Shown here in pieces: positions 20,601-29,209 of a stretch of 64,000 bases of DNA. The position numbers and the translations under genes are program-made. Source of the DNA: a virus; the IMG/VR virus record IMGVR_UViG_3300027763_000026. One strand, 5' to 3'. How positions within the stretch are numbered: position 1 is the stretch's first letter; each line of letters begins with the position of its first letter. The notes beneath the pieces are model-generated. The model was not told where the DNA came from. It did no database searches and was given only the letters and a program-made list of their open reading frames with translations.

Positions 20601-23104
20601 TTTGGAGCACCAGATTTAAAACCCTGAACCAAAGCCTGTTTTAAGTCTGGGGTTCTTTTTATTTTCCCTTTGATACTGGCCCCAGCTGTGTCAGCATTTA
20701 ATTTAGCATCAAGGTAAGGAAGAGCTCTCATAGCCGCTAATTGACCGCCAAATAAAGATTGATTAACTTTATCATTAGTAAAATTACCGCCAATATAATC
20801 CCAAGTTCCACTTCCACCACCTCGTTTTTTACTTAAATCTAAATTTATTGCTGCATTAATAGAAGATTCAAATAGTCTTCCCAAGATTTGAGGATAAGCA
20901 GACGTGTCTGCCTGTAACTGTTCAATGATTTGATCTGAAGAAGGCAATTTTTTTGTATTTGGTTTGATTAGTTTGATAGCAATGCTTTGAATAGCTTTTG
21001 ATAATTCTTTACCTGCTATTTGATCGAAATCACTATTAGCCAAATTTAATATAGAAAAATCTTGACCTGTTGCATATATTTTTTTTGCTGCTGCTTTTCT
21101 TGATGGCCCTAATTCTTTTTCTACTTCTGCTTTAGTAAAACGACTAGATAAAGCTGAACGATTAAATCTCTTAGAATCTATTGCTTGCCTTAAATTCATT
21201 CCTTCTGGAATTTGAGCAAAATTTGGAACATAACCACTCCATGCGTAAGGATTAAATCCATGAGATTTCTCAAAATTTTGTTTATAATTTTTTCCAGCTT
21301 TACTACCTTGTGGAGGCATAATTGCTGGTTGATCAAATCCACTAAATTTTTTTACTTTTTCTGCGCTATTATAAGTTACCATTCCATAATTTGGAATAAA
21401 GGTTTGTTTAATTTTTCCTGGCATATACCCACCAGCTAAAGCTCCTGCGACCTCTTTATCGGCGCTAAAATTAGGAATAAATCCAGCAGATTTAGTTGGA
21501 ACACCTCTCATTGGCCCAGTTTGAGCGACTCTAACTCCAGAAGATATTAAAGTTTTTGATAAAGTATTCGCTACGGCCACTTGCCTTTGCATGGCTATAG
21601 TCTCTTGTTCAATTAAAGCTAAAATTTGTTTATGTAAACTCGCTGTATTTATATTTCCACTATTAATTTGTTCTATAATCTGGGGATTTTTACCAATTAA
21701 ATTTAATATTTGACCTTGTAAAGCTTGTTGCTCTGCGCTCTTAGCGTTAAGACCAGTTAGACTTTTAAATGCGTCGGCTGAAAACGTAACTAATCTTTCG
21801 AAAATTTTAAATAAAGCTGCTGCTGCCAGTAAGACTCCAGGGCCACCTAAAAAATTTCCTATTCCCTTCAAAAGTCCTTGTCCAATTTTCGATCCAACGT
21901 CTTCGCTTTCTGGCGCGAAGTTTTCTAAAGCGCTATTTAATCCACCTAACAAATTTTTTAATGTTGGGGCGATTGCTATATTACCCGCTTGTGATCCTAA
22001 TTTTTGTAGATTAGCTAAAGTTTTATTAATGGTTGCACTCAGCGTTTGATTTAATTCTTCATTCCTAGCATTAGCTTCATCCGTTGCGCCGCTTGATGTC
22101 ATTAAAGCTCTAGAATATATCGAATACTCATTTCCTAAATCTGCCAAGGAAGCTTTCAATACGTTAATTTGAAATACGCCTCCAACCAACTCGGCTACTT
22201 GGGCTCTTTGAACTCCAGATAATTTACTATATGTACCAGATAAAGTATTTAAAATAGTTATAAGTGGTAAAATATTGCCTTCTTGGTCTTTTGTTGCAAC
22301 CCCTATCGCTTCTAACGCATCCAAGGTGTCAGTTCTTTGGAGTCTTGTAAAAATAGTCTTGAATGAGTTACCGATTACCGCGCCACCTCTAGCCGTGGTT
22401 TGTTGAGCGGAAGTAACTAATCCAATAAGTTGATCTAAGCTTACCCCTGCATCTTGAGCAGAACTACCTACTCTTCTTATAGCTTCCGCTAAATCATTGG
22501 AACTTACGGCAAAAGATGCGTCAACCGCTGCTAATTTATTAATTAATTCATTTGAGCTTATGCTAGTTTTATTAAATGAATTTAAAGCTGCAGTAATAGA
22601 CTCTACGCTGCCTACTACGCCCATACCAGTTAGCCTAGTTAAAATTAACGCATCACTAGTTCTTTTTAAAGTGTCCTCTATGCCTAAACCTTGCCTAGAA
22701 AATTCTGTAGCAGCAGAAGCAACTTCAGCAAAACTTTGACCCGTGCTTTTGGCTATATCAAATAAACTATTACCAAAAGAAGCTAAATTTTTTGTACTAG
22801 CATTTAAAATTACATTAATGTCAGTAAGAGATTTTTCAACATCAATAACGCTTTTAATTGTCTCTGAAAAAGCTTTCTGTACAGCAAAAATAGCACCTGC
22901 AGAAGCACCGAAAGCAATAACTCGCGCATTAGATGCGGCCAGTGATTTTTCAAATTCGCCTAATTGACCATTGATTTTGCCCAACGGTTGAGAAAATCCT
23001 TTGCTATTCAGAACTAAAGCCGTATTAGCGACTTTTTCGATCTGTCTTTCTAGGGGTCTAGTATTCCCCAGTACATCAATAATGATATTATCGCCTTGTG
23101 CCAT
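17699..23104 (-). CDS. Tail tape measure protein (1801 aa)
   Basis: Long Ala/Gln/Leu-rich helical ORF after tail tube and chaperones; TP901-type segment (LAEAIRRVGSSAQDAGVSLDQLIGLVTSAQQTTARGGAVIGNSFKTIFTRL). Confidence 0.92.
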   Translation of the reverse strand: MAQGDNIIIDVLGNTRPLERQIEKVANTALVLNSKGFSQPLGKINGQLGEFEKSLAASNARVIAFGASAGAIFAVQKAFSETIKSVIDVEKSLTDINVILNASTKNLASFGNSLFDIAKSTGQSFAEVASAATEFSRQGLGIEDTLKRTSDALILTRLTGMGVVGSVESITAALNSFNKTSISSNELINKLAAVDASFAVSSNDLAEAIRRVGSSAQDAGVSLDQLIGLVTSAQQTTARGGAVIGNSFKTIFTRLQRTDTLDALEAIGVATKDQEGNILPLITILNTLSGTYSKLSGVQRAQVAELVGGVFQINVLKASLADLGNEYSIYSRALMTSSGATDEANARNEELNQTLSATINKTLANLQKLGSQAGNIAIAPTLKNLLGGLNSALENFAPESEDVGSKIGQGLLKGIGNFLGGPGVLLAAAALFKIFERLVTFSADAFKSLTGLNAKSAEQQALQGQILNLIGKNPQIIEQINSGNINTASLHKQILALIEQETIAMQRQVAVANTLSKTLISSGVRVAQTGPMRGVPTKSAGFIPNFSADKEVAGALAGGYMPGKIKQTFIPNYGMVTYNSAEKVKKFSGFDQPAIMPPQGSKAGKNYKQNFEKSHGFNPYAWSGYVPNFAQIPEGMNLRQAIDSKRFNRSALSSRFTKAEVEKELGPSRKAAAKKIYATGQDFSILNLANSDFDQIAGKELSKAIQSIAIKLIKPNTKKLPSSDQIIEQLQADTSAYPQILGRLFESSINAAINLDLSKKRGGGSGTWDYIGGNFTNDKVNQSLFGGQLAAMRALPYLDAKLNADTAGASIKGKIKRTPDLKQALVQGFKSGAPNVNLPFGVIKSAGSSKPIPFAQEDLASGGFIPNFAGLKEAIGREISAGVPASSIRVGASSSLSSNNNPLGLGVYNTKDEPRGLSQGVDRYRSKSAAKKAGAYGGYVPNFALATADAPTAIKYVSFEEAKSLKEKMKGLGASVSKVKVYFDDRALPESIQKYKGNLIQASIGLSLASGLLQEATKGSPKLSQAVEGFSSTLSLAGTAAQIIPGKFGVAGAALLAFTGTFGTIANLLKEKSTKLADKAEQSSQTLTDFSNGSQKYADVLQKLQDAQKDPKTSSQTIGKLNEDLVKAAGQIPDAYRKQLVSITNYTDLLDQMSKVQSELANEESYYKGASGFEEVLNKRTGTKFAQYIEALSFKPLLNQRESIGYGLTGSEMEKAAGNISSKGFENNQARENLKRMLASGELDIFKTAGSATSDPKKLEELGLRKDAIESIGRLDQQGGRGGEGKMAAQTLVQNILTKLLEEVIGGEEAKKLSEQRNKEAEIINKNNAAKQRSIDLEKSNQDALDNFYQRLIQIGDVQQEYKDKLAFDTQDVQLQRASGMLEYNRSSMGPQTSREYQNLIETAKQQLDFVKKYKDQEAKGRSDVLQEGYKTFLELKKENVAGQTPKVDVEKLNTFQGVLGQLATSGKSAEDINQEIINSFNEFFGGTDYGNKAIDLQTQTNNILSDNQRALLDLNAQQIKQTELTKINNQIQAATIQKQRDVKSFGGLESYVNPQSNSTIDSLVTNIQGLGTPVGGRASAGTLLDTVKMFGGSLEGMNLGSLKERAISGRAKDIEFQTSAISKLLRSKGEFGLAGEYTKIGGRSTEIARTQVEEAIQSQRAMLGIDKNVASISTNLKTFTDTFAKPNQTSGAPNQPGANLKSTSQAVNNLTAGISQIEIKNTDLSLKGNIGVDIKQPKGGIEFTINTDSIENIKGDITTQIEGALTTLRTDLENQIKNLTNSFNERIVSVGGQRLPPTKK

Positions 23105-23122
23105 GGTAATCCTCTCACAGAA

Positions 23123-23128
23123 TTACAC
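23123..23128 (-). promoter_or_regulatory. GTGTAA motif (candidate late promoter)
   Basis: 18 nt upstream of tape measure ATG 23104. Confidence 0.65.
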
Positions 23129-23146
23129 TTAAATTTTAATAATATA

Positions 23147-24151
23147 TTATTTAACGCCGTGTATTTTTAATATTTCTTCAAAGGATAGATTTCCACCTTT
23201 TTTATCAGCTTCTTTAACTAAATCTATGACTTCGTCCTTAGAATCTAGCATACCCCTTAGTTCTTTTTTAGTGGCACCAATATAAGTTTTACCTGAAAAT
23301 TCTTTATTAGAGTCCTTCTCTTTTTCTTTTGTGGCTAAAGACCTACTCTCGTACCATTCAACTAGCTCGTCTAGGGAATTGATAAAAGATGGAGGAATAT
23401 CGCCAGTCCGTTCCAGATTATATTTATATCCTCTAGCTAACGTAAATAAATTAATTTGGTTATACGTTAATTTACATAAAGGTTTACCAAAAAATGCATA
23501 AGGATCATTCTCTGATAAAAAAAACATATTCATAAAAAAACTAGAAACAGCAGTCTTTTTAAGGTTTTTAATAGAAAATAAATTATTAAAATTTTGATAT
23601 AAACCAGCATATTTAATTAAGTCTTCTATTTCTAAGTTAAAAAAGTCTTCTTCTGAATCAAAGAATTTATCTAAATTTTCATTTTTACAAAATGTTAAAT
23701 ATATGAGATATTCGTTTGATTTTCTTGTTGAATATTCTTCTGCGGTCATACCCAATAATTCAACTCTATGTTGCTCTATAGAAAATAGCTCCTCTTCTAA
23801 AGCTTTTATTTTATTATCTATTTCTTTTTGTTGGGATGAAATGATTAATTTTTTTTTCGTATCTATATTTAAATTAATTTCATTTCTGATATTAACTCTT
23901 CTCTCTTCTTTCTCTTTTGGCCAAATATTTTTCTCATGTAATAAATTTAATTTATCTTTTTCTTCTAAAACTCCCATGCTTTTAGATTTATCAAAAAACT
24001 CAATATATTTTTCGTAAACGCTAGCAAGATCAATTTCGGTTACATGTTTTAAATAAAGGACCCCATCACCTAATTTAGATACAGAATATTCGTTGATTAT
24101 GTCTTTATAAATCTTTTTAACAAAATTGACGTCTTTAAGTATTTCATTCAC
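23147..24151 (-). CDS. 334-aa putative tail assembly chaperone (second)
   Basis: GTG start; charged helical protein directly upstream of tape measure. Confidence 0.45.
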   Translation of the reverse strand: MNEILKDVNFVKKIYKDIINEYSVSKLGDGVLYLKHVTEIDLASVYEKYIEFFDKSKSMGVLEEKDKLNLLHEKNIWPKEKEERRVNIRNEINLNIDTKKKLIISSQQKEIDNKIKALEEELFSIEQHRVELLGMTAEEYSTRKSNEYLIYLTFCKNENLDKFFDSEEDFFNLEIEDLIKYAGLYQNFNNLFSIKNLKKTAVSSFFMNMFFLSENDPYAFFGKPLCKLTYNQINLFTLARGYKYNLERTGDIPPSFINSLDELVEWYESRSLATKEKEKDSNKEFSGKTYIGATKKELRGMLDSKDEVIDLVKEADKKGGNLSFEEILKIHGVK

Positions 24152-24153
24152 TT

Positions 24154-24906
24154 TTATGAATCAAAAAACTCTTCTAGAGACTTAAACTCTTCCTCTGTTG
24201 AAGCTTTGCCCATGTACCATAAGCTAATAAGATAAGCTAGTTTTCTAATTCCAGTACTTAGTAGAATGTCTTCCTGATCTTCTATTAAATCATAAGCCGT
24301 TAATTTATTTTCAAATGTTAACCCTTTGAATACTGGGGAGAAAGTTACTTTTTCATCGTAAGAAACATATGATAAGTTAAGAACCCACCATAATATAACT
24401 TGATTTCTTGCTCTATTTTCTGCAGTTTGATCAAAAACGCTTGATTGTTGCGATTCTAAATTTGCTAAATCTTTTTTTATGTTAAGAATCTCGTTTAATA
24501 AGTCTTTTATTTTGGCTTCTTGATCTTCTTCGCTTACTTTAGTTAAATTTGCTTGAACTTTTTCTAATTCAGTTTGTTTTATATACAATGTGACATATAA
24601 CGTCGCATACCTTTGTTTTTCCGATTCACTTAAAGCACCACCATCGTCTTGATATCTTTTTGCTATTAAAGATTTAGTCATTAACCCAAGCCTAATTCCT
24701 TCTGAGACTTTTACTCCATAAAACAGCTCTGCCTCTTCAAAAGTCCTTCTATCTGGCCGAATAATTCTAAAGTAGACTGGAGATTTTTCTTTAATTTTTT
24801 TAAGGATTTTTATCTCTTCGCCCCTCTCATTTTTTGAGTTTTCTTGCGTTTCTTTTTCTATTTCATTCTCTATCAAGAATTCATAAATATATTTATCTGT
24901 TTTCAT
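24154..24906 (-). CDS. 250-aa putative tail assembly chaperone
   Basis: Acidic coiled-coil protein between tail tube and tape measure. Confidence 0.5.
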   Translation of the reverse strand: MKTDKYIYEFLIENEIEKETQENSKNERGEEIKILKKIKEKSPVYFRIIRPDRRTFEEAELFYGVKVSEGIRLGLMTKSLIAKRYQDDGGALSESEKQRYATLYVTLYIKQTELEKVQANLTKVSEEDQEAKIKDLLNEILNIKKDLANLESQQSSVFDQTAENRARNQVILWWVLNLSYVSYDEKVTFSPVFKGLTFENKLTAYDLIEDQEDILLSTGIRKLAYLISLWYMGKASTEEEFKSLEEFFDS

Positions 24907-25162
24907 TTGGTACTCCTATTTTAGATTCAATAAAACCTTTGGTTCTTTTAAAATTAGCTTTTCCGCCAATCTTTATAATAAAATTATTTCTTTTTTCTTC
25001 ATCCCAACTCATATATTTATTAAAAAGTTTTGGGCTGGAAATATCTTCAACTTTAAAAGAGTTAAATCCAAAATTAAACCTTAACTCTCTTTGGGTGGTT
25101 TGTAGGTCGAGGTTAGCCGAAATGATAGCTTCTGGACTAAAATTAAAATATTTTGGTTTCAT
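24893..25162 (-). CDS. 89-aa hypothetical protein
   Basis: Co-oriented ORF overlapping both neighbours. Confidence 0.6.
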   Translation of the reverse strand: MKPKYFNFSPEAIISANLDLQTTQRELRFNFGFNSFKVEDISSPKLFNKYMSWDEEKRNNFIIKIGGKANFKRTKGFIESKIGVPNENR

Positions 25163-25446
25163 TTTTTTATTTCTATGTTAAGAAAATCGAAATTCTTTTC
25201 AATCTCGCGAATAGTTTCATTCCCAAGATCAAGTATCCTCTTTCTTAAATAATTATATTTATTATCATCAAAATAATCAACACTTTTTAATATCTCTAAG
25301 CTAACATCTTTGTTTAATTTATTTAACATATTAGTGTGATCTTCTTGTACGTCTTCTATTAAATTAAGATATCTTTTATATAAATTAACGACATTTCGAT
25401 GTATTTGGAACATCAAATACTCTTTGAGATTTGCTTTATCTTGCAT
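25159..25446 (-). CDS. 95-aa hypothetical helical protein
   Basis: Co-oriented ORF with AAAGG Shine-Dalgarno-like sites and an upstream GTGTAA motif. Confidence 0.7.
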   Translation of the reverse strand: MQDKANLKEYLMFQIHRNVVNLYKRYLNLIEDVQEDHTNMLNKLNKDVSLEILKSVDYFDDNKYNYLRKRILDLGNETIREIEKNFDFLNIEIKK

Positions 25447-25485
25447 AAACCTTTATCCTTTGTTAAACCTTGTGCCTATATACCT

Positions 25486-25491
25486 TTACAC
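25486..25491 (-). promoter_or_regulatory. GTGTAA motif (candidate late promoter)
   Basis: Directly after the terminator U tract, 39 nt upstream of ATG 25446. Confidence 0.65.
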
Positions 25492-25492
25492 T

Positions 25493-25516
25493 AAAAAACC
25501 CGCCGAAGCGGGTTTT
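25493..25516 (-). terminator. Rho-independent terminator after tail tube gene
   Basis: Minus strand AAAACCCGC-TTCG-GCGGGTTTTTT: GC stem, cUUCGg tetraloop, U tract. Confidence 0.92.
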
Positions 25517-25541
25517 CTAGATTCATTATATTTTTTAAATA

Positions 25542-26591
25542 TTAACTATTAGCGAAAATAAACAATCCGCCGACTTGATCGTTTGGACCGCCGATTTGAG
25601 CGCTCCAATTCATTGTTACGGATTTGTTATCGCCAACGCTGCTCGAGAAGTCTTGCGAGTCTAGTTTAGCTCCTCTAAGAACATAACTTATAGCTTCTGT
25701 ATCAGTATTTGGTTTATTAATTTTAATTTGTAGATTATGTTTTGCAGAATCATTATTAATGATATCCGCTAGATTTGCAGCTTCAACGTCACCCATGATC
25801 GCATCAACACTCATTGTCACGGTAACTGGAAATTTGATTTCTCTCGTAAAGGCAAATCTGCTTCCAAGTTTTTGAATTGGATCTCTACCAAGATCAAATT
25901 TGACTGAAGCTTTTTGGATCTTCAAATCAGAAGATACAACGCCAGTTGCCCCAGCGATTGTTAGATCTACATCTCCTGGTCGGAGAGCTGAATATCCCGC
26001 ACCAGTAACTGGATTTGGAATTGTAAATATGCCAGCTACAGAAGAACCGTCCTCTGGATTAATTGTTGGAAGAGTTCCCGAGATATCTGCATAAAATCTC
26101 ATATTCATTCCTTCGCCATTGATTGAAACTGTTGGAATATTTCCTACGGAAGCTTCCATGCTATAAGATGATAAGAATCCATTTCCAATACCGATAGTTT
26201 TTCCACCAGTTTTACCATCAATATTTGCATCTTTACCTTCGCCAACCGTTAGAATATAATAGTTATTTGTATCTTTATTAGCTGTTAAAATTCCCGATAA
26301 AGCTGGTGTTCCTGCTGTTGCAATGGTGCCAACTCCAGTTGCTACTGAAAGTCCTAAATTTGCTTCGTTTTCTCCAGAATTTAAATAGTAAGAAAAATCA
26401 AAATTAACTGTTGGTTGCTCGAGAATGATACGATCAATTGAGGCTAATTGGCCGTATTGATTAATGTCTTGTCTTGTTACTTCGAAACTATAGTTTGCAC
26501 TTTGAACACGGTTTAATTGCTTTGGTGAAGCATCTCCAGTTGCACCTACGAAAAGCGCTTCGCTTTGATAAATTACTCTTTTTCTTGCCAT
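25542..26591 (-). CDS. Major tail tube protein (349 aa)
   Basis: After the neck genes, before chaperones and tape measure; strong SD (AGGAG); followed by terminator; beta-rich (RVQSANYSFEVTRQDINQYGQLA). Confidence 0.82.
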   Translation of the reverse strand: MARKRVIYQSEALFVGATGDASPKQLNRVQSANYSFEVTRQDINQYGQLASIDRIILEQPTVNFDFSYYLNSGENEANLGLSVATGVGTIATAGTPALSGILTANKDTNNYYILTVGEGKDANIDGKTGGKTIGIGNGFLSSYSMEASVGNIPTVSINGEGMNMRFYADISGTLPTINPEDGSSVAGIFTIPNPVTGAGYSALRPGDVDLTIAGATGVVSSDLKIQKASVKFDLGRDPIQKLGSRFAFTREIKFPVTVTMSVDAIMGDVEAANLADIINNDSAKHNLQIKINKPNTDTEAISYVLRGAKLDSQDFSSSVGDNKSVTMNWSAQIGGPNDQVGGLFIFANS

Positions 26592-26658
26592 ATTATTATT
26601 CTCCTATTTAAATCTGTAACTATTATTACAGTAATAAAAAAAGAATGAGAAACTAATT

Positions 26659-27495
26659 TTATCCTCTGGGATATCTAATATTATTCAGAGTAAAGTCAAT
26701 AAAAGCTGGGAATACTTGATTATTTTTTGTATTTAAATTAGCAAATATTTTGCTTACATTTACTTCTGAAATATAGAATCCATTAACTCCAACATCAATA
26801 TTTTGAGTTAAACTATCATAGTTATAGTGCCCATTATTTAATCCACCAAAATTATTAAATGGGCTATTGATTAATGGTACATAGTCTCTAGCTGTGTCTT
26901 TTAATATACTGCAAAGTGCATCTAAATTAAACATATTATCAGCCATAACTACTGCTCGGACTGATATTTGAGTATTATCTTCTCCACCAAAAGCGAATGG
27001 TTGATTAATACCACCGTTATTTTTAAGGAATACGCATGGATAAGTTATTGCTTCTATGGCTAAACCAGTTGGGGTTTGACTAGTTTTAGGTCTGGCTTGA
27101 TATTGGCTTTCAAACAAAATCTCTTCTTCTGGCTGATTCGTTAGATATAAATTGAAGTCTTTAACTGCATAATTCCCGCTAATAGTATTTGTCCCTTGCC
27201 CAGATACGAAATAAACTTGACCATTCTGAGGACTTATACCAGTTAAATTATTTTGACCAATAGCTTGAAAATTATTATTAACATAAACTCCAGAAAGTAT
27301 ATTAGCTCCACTTATAGAACTATCGCAAACAACTTGTTTAAAAGGCAGACCATAACTATAAAATCCATTATAAATATTTGTAATTGGATAAAATTGACTA
27401 GAGAAATTTTTATACGCTTCTCCTTTTTTTAAGATCACATGATCCATCCACATAAGCATACTTGACATCAAAAGGTTATCTAGTTGGATTTTCAT
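26659..27495 (-). CDS. 278-aa putative tail terminator / completion protein
   Basis: Directly upstream of tail tube; YPCVFLK...FAFGG-type segment. Confidence 0.5.
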   Translation of the reverse strand: MKIQLDNLLMSSMLMWMDHVILKKGEAYKNFSSQFYPITNIYNGFYSYGLPFKQVVCDSSISGANILSGVYVNNNFQAIGQNNLTGISPQNGQVYFVSGQGTNTISGNYAVKDFNLYLTNQPEEEILFESQYQARPKTSQTPTGLAIEAITYPCVFLKNNGGINQPFAFGGEDNTQISVRAVVMADNMFNLDALCSILKDTARDYVPLINSPFNNFGGLNNGHYNYDSLTQNIDVGVNGFYISEVNVSKIFANLNTKNNQVFPAFIDFTLNNIRYPRG

Positions 27496-28064
27496 TTGAT
27501 TTTCTCTATATTTTTAACAAAATTATTTATCATGCCAGAAATATACCTTGTTGTTCTGAACGTGCCACTTCTAATTTTATTTTTGTTCTGTAAGCCTTCT
27601 TTTGATCTTCCTTCAATAAACTTTTTATACATATAGCTGCTAAACCCAGAGATGCCCTTTTCAATTCCCACAGCCCAACTATTTCCATTTTCCCAAGGCA
27701 TGCGAGTTACATTTTTTATTTTATTTAAATTTGGATATTCAATTTCGAAACGTATAGAGTTTGCGCTTTTTTTCCTGGACATTCTGAAGCTATTTTTGAT
27801 TAAACTTCTTAATTCTTCTACGGGATTATCTGAACTATTAAAGCCAATGAAACTAAATAAATTCCCTATTCCTCCTAATGTATTTGAAACATTTTGGGCG
27901 GTAGGGCCAGCTTCAATTTCCTGTGTTACTGGGCTAGAGTCGAATTCATTTAAAAATATTTCTTGAGCATTATTAAACTTTTCATTGACAACATTAACTG
28001 CATTTTTTTCAAATTTCTTATTATTCGCCAAAGCCTTATCAAAATCTATATTGACCCTTTTCAT
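27492..28064 (-). CDS. 190-aa putative neck / tail completion protein
   Basis: Neck-cluster position; basic C-terminus; overlapping stop/start junctions. Confidence 0.45.
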   Translation of the reverse strand: MKRVNIDFDKALANNKKFEKNAVNVVNEKFNNAQEIFLNEFDSSPVTQEIEAGPTAQNVSNTLGGIGNLFSFIGFNSSDNPVEELRSLIKNSFRMSRKKSANSIRFEIEYPNLNKIKNVTRMPWENGNSWAVGIEKGISGFSSYMYKKFIEGRSKEGLQNKNKIRSGTFRTTRYISGMINNFVKNIEKIK

Positions 28065-28507
28065 TAAAATGTCTCTTTTAGATAAAAAACGTAGTATATT
28101 AAACCTTGATAATTTTTTATAACATCTGTGCTTATAAGGTTAAATGTTTTATTATCGAATGTAATTTTTTCTGTTATATCTTGATTAATATAATTTTTTG
28201 CACCTTCTTTAACTTTAATTTCTACTATTTGGTTTGGAAATTTTAATTTTATTTCATTATCAATTTGTAAATTTTCTTTAGCCAAATTATAATTTATAAT
28301 TGCATCAAAAGTTTGATTTCTAGGAGTATACGTATAATCGACTACATTAGAATTTTCTTCATATCCTAGTAATTGGTTAGTCGTATTTTGCAATATATTT
28401 TTAATTGGTTGTTTATGAACAGTAATTGACCTTTTAAACGTATCAAAGTGATCATTTATTGCTTGTTTGTAGGCAGCTATTTCTGAACTAAGTATCAGGG
28501 ACGCCAT
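28064..28507 (-). CDS. 147-aa putative head closure (stopper) protein
   Basis: Size, beta-rich composition and position after the adaptor-like gene. Confidence 0.5.
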   Translation of the reverse strand: MASLILSSEIAAYKQAINDHFDTFKRSITVHKQPIKNILQNTTNQLLGYEENSNVVDYTYTPRNQTFDAIINYNLAKENLQIDNEIKLKFPNQIVEIKVKEGAKNYINQDITEKITFDNKTFNLISTDVIKNYQGLIYYVFYLKETF

Positions 28508-28508
28508 A

Positions 28509-29150
28509 TTATAAATTTTCTATATTTCTTATAGAGTAATTGTAGGAATAAGATCTATCTGTGCCTGGAATAGTGTCATCTCCTGCAATCTGCAATGGAT
28601 TGATTTCGTTTAAATTATAACTTTGAGTTAGCATTTTTAATTCTTCGGCTTCTTGTTTTTTTAATTCTACGAAATTTAAACCTAACTGCCTTACAAATTG
28701 GGTATTTGCTTTAATTGCGTCTGTTGCTCTTTTATAAATTTGACTTGTGCTTTCGCTATTTGTTTTCTTATATGAGAATCCATTTTCTGAAATTTCTAAA
28801 CTATCAGAATTAGCTGATCCAGTTGTAGCGTTTTCTCCACTGGAAGAAGTATCTTGATTTATTAAATTTAAATTATTAGATTTTCCTATCAATTTTATAA
28901 TCTGTCTATCATAATAATGTATATTATACATTTTCTTAAAGATTGATTTTTCTATTATTGTGAACGTTTCTGGACTGATAGCATCTACTTCTAGGTCTAG
29001 AGTATTTATGGTGTATTTTTTGTTAATTAAAATATTTAATTTACCCAAATTCGTTCTTAGCCAAAAAGCTATACTAGGGATACTAATATCACTTGGCTCG
29101 CCTAATTCGCGATAAATTTCGTCTGATATATCTACAATTTTATTGGTCAT
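28509..29150 (-). CDS. 213-aa putative head-tail adaptor
   Basis: First gene of the neck cluster; helical; upstream GTGTAA motif. Confidence 0.5.
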   Translation of the reverse strand: MTNKIVDISDEIYRELGEPSDISIPSIAFWLRTNLGKLNILINKKYTINTLDLEVDAISPETFTIIEKSIFKKMYNIHYYDRQIIKLIGKSNNLNLINQDTSSSGENATTGSANSDSLEISENGFSYKKTNSESTSQIYKRATDAIKANTQFVRQLGLNFVELKKQEAEELKMLTQSYNLNEINPLQIAGDDTIPGTDRSYSYNYSIRNIENL

Positions 29151-29160
29151 ATAATAGATA

Positions 29161-29166
29161 TTACAC
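29161..29166 (-). promoter_or_regulatory. GTGTAA motif (candidate late promoter)
   Basis: 10 nt upstream of ATG 29150. Confidence 0.65.
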
Positions 29167-29209
29167 TATATAATATTAAAAATTACCAATAACCTAAAGC
29201 TAATTTAGA

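Noticed and set aside
24149-24170. Programmed -1 frameshift joining the two tail chaperone ORFs at GAG TTT TTT
   Set aside because: The downstream ORF is in the -1 frame, but that frame has TGA (24161-24163) right after the T run, so slippage there would terminate.
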